From the IMG/VR virus record IMGVR_UViG_3300045972_000152, positions 1,134-65,133 of that record: a stretch of 64,000 nt of DNA; one strand, written 5' to 3'. The translations under genes and the position numbers were made by a program. The stretch's first letter is position 1. Every line of letters begins with the position of its first letter. The notes beneath the pieces were generated by a model that saw only the letters and a list, made by a program, of their open reading frames with translations, was not told the origin of the DNA and did not search any database. Source of the DNA: a virus. Its lineage: Duplodnaviria > Caudoviricetes. Below are positions 29,905 through 39,529 of this stretch, piece by piece.

Positions 29905-31393
29905 GTCGCTTCACCGCTCCGATCTTGGTACTTCCGGATGTCCTCTTCTGTCCTTTTCCCGGCTTGCCCTGAACTGTCTTATCACCACCCCCCGGATTGT
30001 TGTTGTTAACGTTGCCGTTTGTGGCAGCAAGGTTACCGGCTTCAATCCGCTGTTCGATGAAGTCCATGGGAGTGATTTCCTCTTCCGGGTCGGAAGGGAT
30101 ATCCAGAACCTCACGAATCTTAGTTTCGACAGTCTTATCAGGAATAAGAGCACCTACGCCAACGAGTTTGTAGATAGCGTCAATGAACTTGGACATTTCG
30201 GCTTTCTCGATATCTCCCGGAACTAGAGTCGGCCAATACTCAGGTTCGATGTCGTTAACCATCATCAACTGCGGAATTGCCTTTTTATTGAAGACGCTGG
30301 CAATTCCGTCAAGCCACGCTCCAAGACTTATAGCGAAGAGGTCCGTCTTATCGCTCGACAGGGCGAAAGAACCAACTTTACTTTGACCTAGAAAGATAAA
30401 GTCGGCCACAACCGTCATGGCAATTCGCTTATCATAACGGTCAACTATCTGGCTGGTGTCGAACTGCCGCTGGCCCCCGGTGCTCAGAAGTTCAAGCTTG
30501 TAAAGCTCATTTCCGTCCGCATCGTAAACAAGCGGAAAGATAACGCCCTCCTGCTCATCACGGCGAATGTTCGTGGCAAGAGCCTTGAGAGAGAGGAGGG
30601 TTGCTTTTTCTTCGGGGGTAGCGTCTTCAGCAAGAAGACTTGCCGGAACCTTGATAACTACCAGACCGGCTAGGTCGCGCTCAATACCGATACCCTCAAT
30701 CTCCTCAATCCGTTTCTTGAACAGCCAAGAACGGTAACTGTTACGAAGAATAGAACGACCCATCGGACTGTTCTTATAAGACTGCGTGCGAAACAGAAGA
30801 ACTTTATCCATCGGTATTTTGACTTTCGTACCAATGGGAGGCAACTGTTCGATGGCAACCAAATCACCGTAGGTGTTGCTATTCGGGTCGGTGTCGAAAA
30901 TCCATTGCCAGATAGTTTCCTGAGCGCGAAGAGGGAGTTTGCGCCAGCCGATCTTACCGTCATTGAATTTACTGTGATAGGATGGATTGCTTTCCTTTAC
31001 TCCCCCGCGTACCTTATAGACTGTCTCAAGAGGCGCAAAGCCAAAAGTTAGCATGGAAAGGATTTCAGATATCATATCCTCCCAAGAATGTTCCATATCA
31101 CCCATACACTCGGTCAGGAAGTCAGCGGCCTCAACTGCAAACGCCTCATTGCTGGCCGGTGTGGACTTCCACTTGACCCTACGAAGCAGCTTTTCGATAA
31201 CAAAAAAGATTGCTCCGATGGTGGGATCGTTGTCCCGCATTTCGGCGTAGACTTTGATACCTTTTAGCCCCGCTAACTGCTTTAGGAACTCTTCGGATAT
31301 CTGATTACCGAAAATACGAAGTCCAGTGGAACCTATCTCCCGCATACTAGCTGCGGGACGCGACTTGGGGGATACTGCTGTAGTTCTAGCCAT
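29894..31393 (-). CDS. portal protein
   Basis: between TerL and Mu-F; Y.EMRDNDP, P.GRSILR, GIGIERDLAG, GSFALS. Confidence 0.9.
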   Translation of the reverse strand: MARTTAVSPKSRPAASMREIGSTGLRIFGNQISEEFLKQLAGLKGIKVYAEMRDNDPTIGAIFFVIEKLLRRVKWKSTPASNEAFAVEAADFLTECMGDMEHSWEDMISEILSMLTFGFAPLETVYKVRGGVKESNPSYHSKFNDGKIGWRKLPLRAQETIWQWIFDTDPNSNTYGDLVAIEQLPPIGTKVKIPMDKVLLFRTQSYKNSPMGRSILRNSYRSWLFKKRIEEIEGIGIERDLAGLVVIKVPASLLAEDATPEEKATLLSLKALATNIRRDEQEGVIFPLVYDADGNELYKLELLSTGGQRQFDTSQIVDRYDKRIAMTVVADFIFLGQSKVGSFALSSDKTDLFAISLGAWLDGIASVFNKKAIPQLMMVNDIEPEYWPTLVPGDIEKAEMSKFIDAIYKLVGVGALIPDKTVETKIREVLDIPSDPEEEITPMDFIEQRIEAGNLAATNGNVNNNNPGGGDKTVQGKPGKGQKRTSGSTKIGAVKRHVR

Positions 31394-31395
31394 GG

Positions 31396-32997
31396 TTACA
31401 CGCTCCTAAAGATGTTGGTTTTGGTCAAATCAGCAAAATGGGGAGAGGCGATTGTCGGGCCGCGTTGTCTACGCTCGCGTACCCGTTTTAGATACATACT
31501 CATGGGGTCGATTGTATCATCATGTTCACCCATGGGGAACTGCATACATTCCTCTTCGAAAGGTTGTATCCAGTTAGCATGTAGTTTGCCTTCGGGAATT
31601 TCCACATAACAAGTGGCATCTTCAGGAATCCAAACCGTACCAGCTTCGATAGCTATGGACTCGTTTTCCATACGAACTGTTTTGCTGAAGGAACCGGGGT
31701 CGATACCGATAATATTGAATTTAGTTTCCTCCTTTAAACAGGCAATGAGAGCTATGCCGGAAGACTTATCCTCTATCAGTATTTCATGTGGACGCCATAT
31801 CTGGCAAAGGTTCTTTGCTTGGCGCTTCAGCTCGGGGAAAGCGCACTTCTTTCGCCACATATAAATGAGATAGTAGCCAGTAGCAGTTTCGACCCAGACC
31901 TCACACACCGAATAGTCGTTAAGCTCGTTCTCTTTGCTGGCAGTATCGAATACTAGAGATATCCGTTTCCACGATTTTCGGTCAGGGGCAACCTTCCACC
32001 GCTTGAAGCTCAACATTGGGATGATGCCGCCCTCACGGGGGGAGGGACGTTGTTGCAACTGACCGGCAGAGGCGTAGGTACCGAGTGCCTGTTTGAGTAC
32101 GTTTATCTCAGGACGGCCAAAGCGTTCCGGCCAAAGCAGTTCACCCTCTTCCTTCCGGGGGTCACCCTTCCAGCCGTGAAAAGTTCTTAGGCTCATCTTG
32201 CGTTTACTTTCAAGCTCGTACTCAGCCGGAAGTATCAAGTAGGTATATTCATCGCCATACTTACGCATGATATGACCAGATAGATCAAGATAATGTGTTC
32301 TCTGCTGAATAGATACCAGCACCCCGGTCTTAGGGTCGTTGAAACGAGACTGCATTGCCTCATCGAACCAGTTGTTCGTGGCCGTTCTGGTTGTTTCGGA
32401 TTCGGCCTCACGCACGTTGTTAGCGTCATCAATGATGATGTAGTCGCCGCCCTCTCCGGTTGCCGTACCGTCAACAGAGGTAGCGATTCGGTAGCCGCCT
32501 TTATCGTTATCGAACCTTACCTTGGTATTCTGGTCCGAGGTAAGCCTAACAAGGTTACCCCAGCGTTCTTGATATAGTGGACTGTCAATGATACGGCGGC
32601 ACTTCACACCGTCACGAATGGAGAGCGAATGCGCGTAAGACGCGAAAAGAAACTGAAGCGCCGGTTTCTTTATCCACGCCCACGCGGGAAAACCTACGGA
32701 GATACCGAGAGATTTCATGTGGCGGGGAGGGATATTGATAAGCAAACGCCGTATATCACCAGTAAGTGTAGCGCTCATGTGCTCGCAGATGGCGTCGATA
32801 TGCCAGCCATGGACATAGGGGTGCGGGTCAATCGCCGTCCACATTTGGCGCAGGAAGTGAGACAGGGACTTTTCGGCTAATACCTTGTCTATTACCTCAG
32901 TCGGAGTGCTAAGGAGCCTTCTTGCCCTTAGAATGTCCTCTGAAGTAAGCTCTACTTGCGGGGCCTGTTGACGGCTTACGGGTGTCGTTCTTGACAT
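31396..32997 (-). CDS. terL: terminase large subunit
   Basis: INIPPRHMKS Walker A, IIIDD Walker B, QQRP, FDTA and HDDTID nuclease motifs. Confidence 0.95.
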   Translation of the reverse strand: MSRTTPVSRQQAPQVELTSEDILRARRLLSTPTEVIDKVLAEKSLSHFLRQMWTAIDPHPYVHGWHIDAICEHMSATLTGDIRRLLINIPPRHMKSLGISVGFPAWAWIKKPALQFLFASYAHSLSIRDGVKCRRIIDSPLYQERWGNLVRLTSDQNTKVRFDNDKGGYRIATSVDGTATGEGGDYIIIDDANNVREAESETTRTATNNWFDEAMQSRFNDPKTGVLVSIQQRTHYLDLSGHIMRKYGDEYTYLILPAEYELESKRKMSLRTFHGWKGDPRKEEGELLWPERFGRPEINVLKQALGTYASAGQLQQRPSPREGGIIPMLSFKRWKVAPDRKSWKRISLVFDTASKENELNDYSVCEVWVETATGYYLIYMWRKKCAFPELKRQAKNLCQIWRPHEILIEDKSSGIALIACLKEETKFNIIGIDPGSFSKTVRMENESIAIEAGTVWIPEDATCYVEIPEGKLHANWIQPFEEECMQFPMGEHDDTIDPMSMYLKRVRERRQRGPTIASPHFADLTKTNIFRSV

Positions 32998-32998
32998 G

Positions 32999-33733
32999 TT
33001 AGACTCCTATCGTCGTGGCTTCATAGGAATCAAGAAGATCATCAATCGGCGTCATTTCGATAAGCTTGGGATTAGTCGGCATTGCGTTATTGGCATGCAC
33101 TACCATATCGCGCAAGGCTATCAATTGTTCCTCGTTCATGTTATCGAGGTCGGCGCTTACGCTAATTTGGGTATTTGTGATAGTTTGTTCACCTTTTACG
33201 TTAACGGTCATCTTCCAATCTTCGGGACGGCGGTTGGTAAGCCAGAAAGTGATAGCCTTAATATCAGGAAGCACTATCTTCTCAACAACGCTAACCTCTT
33301 TGGCCGGAATCTTGACTACCTTTCCAGCATCGTCCTTCTCACGTAGATAGATAGACTTGGTGGTACGCTCGGCGACCGTATAACCCAACGCACGTTTCAG
33401 CAACGCCTGTTCTACATGCTGGGTATCGAATTCAAATTTACCCTGCCGAACAGCGTCACGGAACTCCTCATGGGTCCGCATCCACATATCAACAGTCTTT
33501 TTGCCGACACCAAAGACTCGCGCAAGCTCCTCACTGGTAAAGCCGCGCTCCTTGCATAGGACATTTGCGATGTGAGGGAACCTGACCGGATCATATACAG
33601 CCGGTTGTCCACGCTCCCCCGTAGTGGCGGGAATCTGAATGTCAGGGCGGCGGCGTCCCTCTGCTTTCGGTCTTTCCCGCTCGCTTATGACTACCGGACC
33701 TTTTTTGGTGGAAATGATGGTCGTTCTTGCCAT
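32999..33733 (-). CDS. terS: terminase small subunit
   Basis: N-terminal HTH, ALLKRALGY, PDIKAITFWLTNRRPEDW; probable start MARTT at 33733. Confidence 0.88.
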   Translation of the reverse strand: MARTTIISTKKGPVVISERERPKAEGRRRPDIQIPATTGERGQPAVYDPVRFPHIANVLCKERGFTSEELARVFGVGKKTVDMWMRTHEEFRDAVRQGKFEFDTQHVEQALLKRALGYTVAERTTKSIYLREKDDAGKVVKIPAKEVSVVEKIVLPDIKAITFWLTNRRPEDWKMTVNVKGEQTITNTQISVSADLDNMNEEQLIALRDMVVHANNAMPTNPKLIEMTPIDDLLDSYEATTIGV

Positions 33734-33846
33734 GTCTATCACCTATTCGGAGAAATAAATAGTACAACGATGTTGGTGCATTAACACATCTATTTTAGAG
33801 AAAATACAAATTGTTCATTCTGGTCTTTTGTGACTGTATTTTTTTC

Positions 33847-33875
33847 TTGCTTTTTGTTTTCACCTCAGTTACTAT
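33847..33875 (+). promoter_or_regulatory. sigma70-type promoter
   Basis: TTGCTT-17 bp-TACTAT with T-rich upstream sequence. Confidence 0.65.
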
Positions 33876-33881
33876 GCGGAC

Positions 33882-34285
33882 CCATGAAGTTAACCGCCCT
33901 TGGCAGAGGCGGTGCTCATATATCCAAGTTGGTGTGCCTGTTGTTAGGGCCATCGGAAAAACCCCCTTGAATCGGCTGCCACCGGTTCTTGGGGGTTTTC
34001 TCTTTCCGGGTGCAATCATCATAGGTCGTCACCTCGCGGTAGCTATGATGGTGAAGTGCAGTAGTCGATACTATGGGGTACGCGTCATATCGACAGGGCA
34101 GGGGCGAGCGGTTAGTGCCTGACGCGAAGGTGATTATCTCCACCTAAATGACTGACCAATCGGCCACACGATAATGGAGTGCCCGGGTCTGGGGGTCGCA
34201 AGCAGGTGATCCTTTTCAGACATACGCCTAGCTTGGATATCGGAACATGGATATCTAGGGTAGGTGGAGCTATGTCTGAAAATCG
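33882..34285 (+). ncRNA. candidate structured RNA or long 5' leader
   Basis: at least five hairpins downstream of the promoter; no convincing ORF; first good SD near 34340. Confidence 0.5.
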
Positions 34286-34352
34286 AAGCAGATAATTATA
34301 AACCTTAAAATCATCGCGTATTGCGCGTAAACTATCACAAAGGAGAACCATC

Positions 34353-34589
34353 ATGGCAAAGAACCACATGAAGCTGACCGACCACGCCGCAAAAATTATC
34401 ACCTACCTGAACGCCCAGCCCGGAAAAACCGACACCTTGCAAAATATCGTCAACGCAATGGCTCATAAGGGAATGGGGCAGGGTATTGTTTCATTCGCTC
34501 TCCAATATCTGAAAGATCATGCTCAGATAACTCACAACCTAACGTACCCGAAACCCAACACACCGCTTCATCATTATACGGCGGTTTAA
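34353..34589 (+). CDS. small winged-helix-like protein
   Basis: SD AAGGAGA; helix-helix-helix-strand pattern. Confidence 0.55.
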   Translation: MAKNHMKLTDHAAKIITYLNAQPGKTDTLQNIVNAMAHKGMGQGIVSFALQYLKDHAQITHNLTYPKPNTPLHHYTAV

Positions 34590-34607
34590 AAAGAAAATTT
34601 TAGGGGG

Positions 34608-34841
34608 ATGATGAAACGAAATTTATATCAATGTTCGTTTTGCAAACAGTGGTTTAACACCACGAAAGATATCATGATCCAACACACCAAACTCTCCCAC
34701 TCATTCGAAGTATCAAAACAAATCGAGATATCCAGATTAATGTCTCAGGCCATAAGTCTGTTATCTCAGATCGAACGAGTAAGAAACGAAACTAAGCCTC
34801 CAATAGCCTCCCGTGTAATAGGCGTTAAATACACCGTATAA
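34608..34841 (+). CDS. C2H2-type zinc finger protein
   Basis: YQCSFCKQWF......HTKLSH. Confidence 0.6.
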   Translation: MMKRNLYQCSFCKQWFNTTKDIMIQHTKLSHSFEVSKQIEISRLMSQAISLLSQIERVRNETKPPIASRVIGVKYTV

Positions 34842-34874
34842 CCACCTCACTCTCCCCCACTCCTCCTGCTATTC

Positions 34875-34922
34875 GCCCCCATGTAAAAGCCTACTACAGG
34901 CCGAATATGGGGGCCTCTTTTT
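34875..34922 (+). terminator. intrinsic terminator
   Basis: gcccccat...atgggggc stem followed by ctcttttt. Confidence 0.55.
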
Positions 34923-34950
34923 ACCTACCGTACACCACTTTGTTCCCAGT

Positions 34951-35121
34951 ACCCCCCCCCCCTACCCCCCCATACTAATTTCTCCCGTATGATATCTTTT
35001 TTCCGTAGTACCCCCCCCCACCACCTTCGATAACTATTTTAGTTACCTTGTGTTGACTCCGTGCATACCCCCGCCTCAGCATGTAACCCCTTCCCCCCGA
35101 TGAAAAAAGAAGGGGTGGGGG
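34951..35121. repeat. cluster of poly-C (poly-G on minus strand) tracts
   Basis: C11, C7, C9 and shorter runs; two runs preceded by AGTA. Confidence 0.8.
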
Positions 35122-36053
35122 TGCTATAGGATATCTCTCACAATATTAATAGGTTGTAGTTATCAAAGAATGTGGAAAACCTGTGTAAAACTATTGAACT
35201 TGACATAATAGTTGTTACGGGACATTGATTGTATTATGTAACTATTGAATATTACAATGGAAATAACAAATCAGCCATAGTGTAAAACATTATTCAACCT
35301 GATAACACACAACATATAGTTAATCATCACATATACACCATGCGAATGCTCCATTGTGTGCGTGACACATTGCGATGATTGGAGCGTGCAACACATGGCA
35401 GCACGTTTTGTATTGGGTAAGTTTTCAGGTGTCGGTGTGGTGAGCGTGGGGTTACCATTGCGGTGTCATTATGGTGTGTTTGCGTACTTCATAGTTATCA
35501 CCTCAACAATCTTTCAAGACATTCCAAGGGGAACACATATAGGGTATAATGGTGCGTTGTATATGGTATGTAATGGGGTTGCTGTTGTATGCACTGTATG
35601 TATTACCTCGTTTAGTATGCTCCTTTATCACTTTGCTAATCCACCATCGTTTAATATGGTAACCAATAATCAACATTCCATATCTGATTAGTGTGATATC
35701 TGGAATGTTGATATATCACCTTTCATAGCGTGATATGTTGTGCAGTACATTGTTTAGTTATCAAGTGGGTTATTGGGGTTATAGTGGGTGTTGCGTCTCA
35801 GGGTTGTTTATTTGTGCTGCTTTCGATTTAAGGCCCTTATTATTTCTGATATCAAAACTCTACAGGGTTTATAGAGTAGGGCTTAACTCCACTTGTATCA
35901 AGGGTTTTTCTGATATCTCATAAAATGTTGATATCGGTACCCTCATAGGTACCTGCACTTAGGGGGTGCTAGCCGTAAAACGCAAATTTGGCGCTTCTGG
36001 CTATAAATGCAAATTTTGATATAAGCCCCGTTTCGGACCCCTTATTTTAGACG

Positions 36054-36069
36054 TGGCACGGGAATTGCT
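36054..36069 (+). promoter_or_regulatory. sigma54 (-24/-12) consensus site
   Basis: TGGCACG-GGAA-TTGCT. Confidence 0.6.
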
Positions 36070-36357
36070 ACACGATATCTATATTACAAATCAGTCTAAA
36101 GGTACAGTGCAACGTTCCACCAATCCTGTACTGTATAGTCAGGCACTACATGCTAGGGTGCTAGAGTGCCATAAATCGTTTTTGGCGGGTGTTCTCCACA
36201 TAGGGGTTAAATGGTAACTACCGTTTTCCCGGCACGCTAAAAAGAGGTATTTCGATTGAGGGGTTTATTCCGATATCAGGCGGGGCCGTGCTAATCCCTT
36301 GTTTGGCGCTGTTTTCCAACTTTCTTGCATTTAAATAAAAAACTTGTTTTTAGGGTA

Positions 36358-36386
36358 TTGACATTGTTTTAGGGGTCTGGTATAAA
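36358..36386 (+). promoter_or_regulatory. strong sigma70 early promoter
   Basis: TTGACA-17 bp-TATAAA with A/T-rich UP-like element. Confidence 0.85.
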
Positions 36387-36461
36387 AAGCGTAAGCGGTT
36401 TTTGAGACGCGAACAACGGCAACATGACAGGCGGGGTTAATCACAAAAAGGAGCAATAACC

Positions 36462-36680
36462 ATGAAAAACAAGAAGATCATTGCAGCACGAATTATTTTT
36501 GCAACTGTCGCGGCACAATTTGAGGCAACCGTGTACGCCCACAACGAAACCACTCCTTTTGTACTTTTGAATTCGCCAATACTGGTAAATGACTTCATTT
36601 GCTCATTGGTCGAAATGGGGGTTAAGCGCACCCTTATTCACACCTCCCCCATTTCCGACCTAATCGAAGTCAGCCTTTAA
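36462..36680 (+). CDS. early hypothetical protein
   Basis: SD AAAGGAG; first gene after the promoter. Confidence 0.65.
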   Translation: MKNKKIIAARIIFATVAAQFEATVYAHNETTPFVLLNSPILVNDFICSLVEMGVKRTLIHTSPISDLIEVSL

Positions 36681-36705
36681 ACTAATAGGGCAACCGGTTC
36701 ACACC

Positions 36706-37039
36706 ATGACTAAACAAGAATTCGCCGCCGCTTTCAAACTTGCCTCAAGTGGAAAGGACCCTTTCCGGCGTTGACACGTCACACCTTTTCGGGTGTGGGT
36801 TGCCTGACTTTCAACCGGTTCACACCACTATTGACGCCGTTGCCGCTTTGATCCGTTGGCAAGCGTTGCAATTCAACGGGCAATGGGACGCAACCGAATT
36901 AGACAATATGGCATGGATTGCAAAACGCAAGTTCACGCTGATTGACGGCGGCGCATATACCGTAATCGAAGGGGAATTTACATCGGCGGAAATAGCCGGA
37001 ATTCGCGCAACATCCCGCATATTTCAGGCAAACGCTTGA
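36706..37039 (+). pseudogene. early gene apparently interrupted by a +1 frameshift near 36759-36761
   Basis: ATG 36706 frame MTKQEFAAAFKLASSGKD stops early; the +1 frame continues LSGVDTSHLFGCGLPDF to 37039. Confidence 0.5.
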
Positions 37040-37040
37040 C

Positions 37041-37088
37041 GGTTAATAGGCGGGTTTAAGGTGACAGATTAAACCCCCCGTATTAACC
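37041..37088 (+). repeat. conserved intergenic hairpin, copy 1
   Basis: ggttaata-ggcgg-gtttaa-ggtgacaga-ttaaac-ccccc-g-tattaacc. Confidence 0.85.
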
Positions 37089-37128
37089 ATCAAACCGTAG
37101 TTTGGCGCAACCCTTAACATGAGGAGTA

Positions 37129-38190
37129 ATGACAATGGCATTTAAGACAATCGCGGATATCAGGAAAGCAATGGTTACCGGCTCTTTCTGGCAAACCTTT
37201 CATCACGGCAACACGTCACAGCCGACTAAAAAAGACATGGGTGTCAGGCGGGTGTCTGTTGTCCAATCGGGAAAATTCGCCTTTGAAACCATCAAGAGTG
37301 ACGGTACCATTGCCGACTCGTGGTGTGATTTCCCCAAAAAGGACAGCGTGATTTTTCATGATACTACACCGGCTAGTTTCACCATCACCGAAAGCGGCAA
37401 ACCCATGTTGACCTATACCATGTCAACAGCACCCGCCGCAACCCCGGCCCCGAAAGCGGCCCCCGTAACACCCGCACCGGCCCCCGTGAACCCCGCACCG
37501 GCCCCCGTGAACCCCGCACCGGCCCCCGTGAACCCCGCACCGGCCCCCGTGAACCCCGCAACCGCAACCCTCAACAAAGGAGTAACCGCCATGACCACCG
37601 CAACCAAAAAAGAATTGACCGCAACCGCCGCCGCCATTGTTCGCATTTTCGCCCTTGCCGACTCGGACCCCTTTACCGTTCTTTCGAAAAACCCGAAAGC
37701 AACGATTGCCGATATCACCGGGGCAATCGTGGAACTGTCGCCGGAATTCACTACAAAAGACTTTGCCGAAACTACGGCCCCGGAATTCCGTTTCACGGCT
37801 GAGGACGTGGCAACTCTGGCTAAAATCGGCGTCACCCCCCCGGCCCCGAAAGTGACCCGCCGCACCATGGAAGGGGGCAAGAAAGTCAAAAAGGCAACCG
37901 CCACGGCATCGACCCCGAAAAAGGACAGCTACACCCGCAACCATGCTTTCGTTGACGCTTTGAAAAAGGGCGGCACGAAAAAGGCAATCGTGGCCGATGC
38001 CGACAAACTCTATAGGGACAAAAACCCCGGCACGAAAGAGCCGACCGGTAAAGACCCCCTTTTCGTGAGTGAGGCAATATTCCGGTACAATATGCCAACC
38101 TTGCTCCTTTTGGGCATTGTCGCGGCAAATGCCGACAAAGAGCCGGTTTTTACCCTGACTCATGACACCGTAACGGCCCCGGCTAAGTAA
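37129..38190 (+). CDS. early protein with Pro/Ala linker; C-terminal part paralogous to ORF 55468; internal start at 37591
   Basis: YTRNHAFVDALKKGGTKKAIVADADKLY...EAIFRY; internal SD CAACAAAGGAG. Confidence 0.75.
   Translation: MTMAFKTIADIRKAMVTGSFWQTFHHGNTSQPTKKDMGVRRVSVVQSGKFAFETIKSDGTIADSWCDFPKKDSVIFHDTTPASFTITESGKPMLTYTMSTAPAATPAPKAAPVTPAPAPVNPAPAPVNPAPAPVNPAPAPVNPATATLNKGVTAMTTATKKELTATAAAIVRIFALADSDPFTVLSKNPKATIADITGAIVELSPEFTTKDFAETTAPEFRFTAEDVATLAKIGVTPPAPKVTRRTMEGGKKVKKATATASTPKKDSYTRNHAFVDALKKGGTKKAIVADADKLYRDKNPGTKEPTGKDPLFVSEAIFRYNMPTLLLLGIVAANADKEPVFTLTHDTVTAPAK
37459..37560. repeat. 21-bp coding tandem repeat (APVNPAP, about 5 copies)
   Basis: unit gcccccgtgaaccccgcaccg. Confidence 0.9.
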
Positions 38191-38215
38191 CGGCAAGGGG
38201 TGACCCGCTCCGGTA

Positions 38216-38269
38216 GATTATAGGCGGGTTTAAAGTGGGATGTTGACGCTTTAAACCCCCTATATAATC
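38216..38269 (+). repeat. conserved intergenic hairpin, copy 2
   Basis: gattata-ggcgg-gtttaaag...ctttaaac-cccc-ta-tataatc. Confidence 0.85.
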
Positions 38270-38313
38270 AACCGCACCATACCCGCAACCCCTACAGGAA
38301 AGGAGCGCACCAC

Positions 38314-38403
38314 ATGAAAGTTTGTGATATCGTCTTAATTGCCTTTTGTGCAGTAATCACCGTTCACGATATCGCCGGAATACTCCACATGATTTACGGC
38401 TAA
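38314..38403 (+). CDS. 29-aa hydrophobic peptide
   Basis: SD GAAAGGAG; MKVCDIVLIAFCAVITVHDIAGILHMIYG. Confidence 0.55.
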   Translation: MKVCDIVLIAFCAVITVHDIAGILHMIYG

Positions 38404-38444
38404 ATAACACGTCCCATTAACCCCACAACAAAGGAGTAACAAAC

Positions 38445-39443
38445 ATGAAAGCATCGGATTTGGCAAGTGTTCTTTCCATCATGGTAGCAGGAAAACGCCC
38501 TGTATTGGTTACAGGTGCCCCCGGCATCGGAAAATCGGATTTAGTAGCAAGCGTTGCCGGAAATACCGGGGCCGATTTGGTAATCATGCATCCGGTTGTT
38601 TCGGACCCGACAGATTACAAAGGTTTGCCGGGCATTGTCGATGGTGCGGCGGAATTCCTTCCCTATGGCGAATTACGTAAAATTCAGCACGCCGACCGCC
38701 TGACAATCTGTTTTCTTGACGATATCGGGCAAGCAGCTCCCAGCGTGCAAGCGGCATTAATGCAACTCCTTTTGGCGCGGGAAATAAACGGCGTCAAGAT
38801 ATCGGACCATGTAACATTCATCGCGGCAACTAATCGCCGTGAGGACCGCGCCGGAGTAGGCGGGATGCTTGAGCCGGTTAAAAGCCGGTTCACGGGCGGC
38901 ATCGTCAACCTTGAGGTGGATGTTGAGGATTGGATTAATTGGGCGCTTTCGGCTGATTTGCCGATTGAGGTAATCGCCTTTGTGAAGTTCAAACCGGCGA
39001 TGCTCCATGACTTCAAAGCAACGGCCGATTTGATCAACTCTCCTTGCCCCCGCACGGTTGCCGCTGTAGGAAAGGCGTTTGAGCTGGGAATACCTCAGCA
39101 ATTGGAGTTCGAAGTTTACAAGGGCATCGCCGGTGAAGGGTTTGCATCGGAGTTTCTTGCTTTCGTAAAAATCATGAGGCAACTTCCTAACGCCGATGAA
39201 ATTCTGTTGGACCCCGACAGCGTGCCGATGCCTGAGGACCCCGCCGTTTTGTATGCTCTTTCCGGCTCACTAGCAAGGAAAGCAAGCGAAACCACGATGG
39301 AAAGAATTCTGAAGTTTGCCGACCGGATGCCGCCGGAATTTCAGGTCCTTTTGATCCGGGACGCTGTGAAACGCGACAGAAAATGCACGCACACAAAAGC
39401 CTATATCCAATGGGCACAGAAAAACGCTAGCGTACTCATTTAA
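38445..39443 (+). CDS. MoxR-like AAA+ ATPase
   Basis: GAPGIGKS Walker A, CFLDD Walker B, VQAALMQL, AATNR, SRF, PCPR. Confidence 0.88.
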   Translation: MKASDLASVLSIMVAGKRPVLVTGAPGIGKSDLVASVAGNTGADLVIMHPVVSDPTDYKGLPGIVDGAAEFLPYGELRKIQHADRLTICFLDDIGQAAPSVQAALMQLLLAREINGVKISDHVTFIAATNRREDRAGVGGMLEPVKSRFTGGIVNLEVDVEDWINWALSADLPIEVIAFVKFKPAMLHDFKATADLINSPCPRTVAAVGKAFELGIPQQLEFEVYKGIAGEGFASEFLAFVKIMRQLPNADEILLDPDSVPMPEDPAVLYALSGSLARKASETTMERILKFADRMPPEFQVLLIRDAVKRDRKCTHTKAYIQWAQKNASVLI

Positions 39444-39529
39444 CGGTGCAGGGGTGTTATGCTGGGAAAGGTAACACCCCGCCCTTTCAACCTACTACAA
39501 CCGAAATTTAGAGCATACAGGGGGATAAA

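Noticed and set aside
35356-35923. ORFs of 111 and 62 aa in the AT-rich region
   Set aside because: No SD, atypical composition; probably non-coding.
37459-37560. 21-bp tandem repeats as replication iterons or a mini-CRISPR
   Set aside because: Contiguous, no spacers, in-frame multiple of 3 encoding a Pro/Ala linker.
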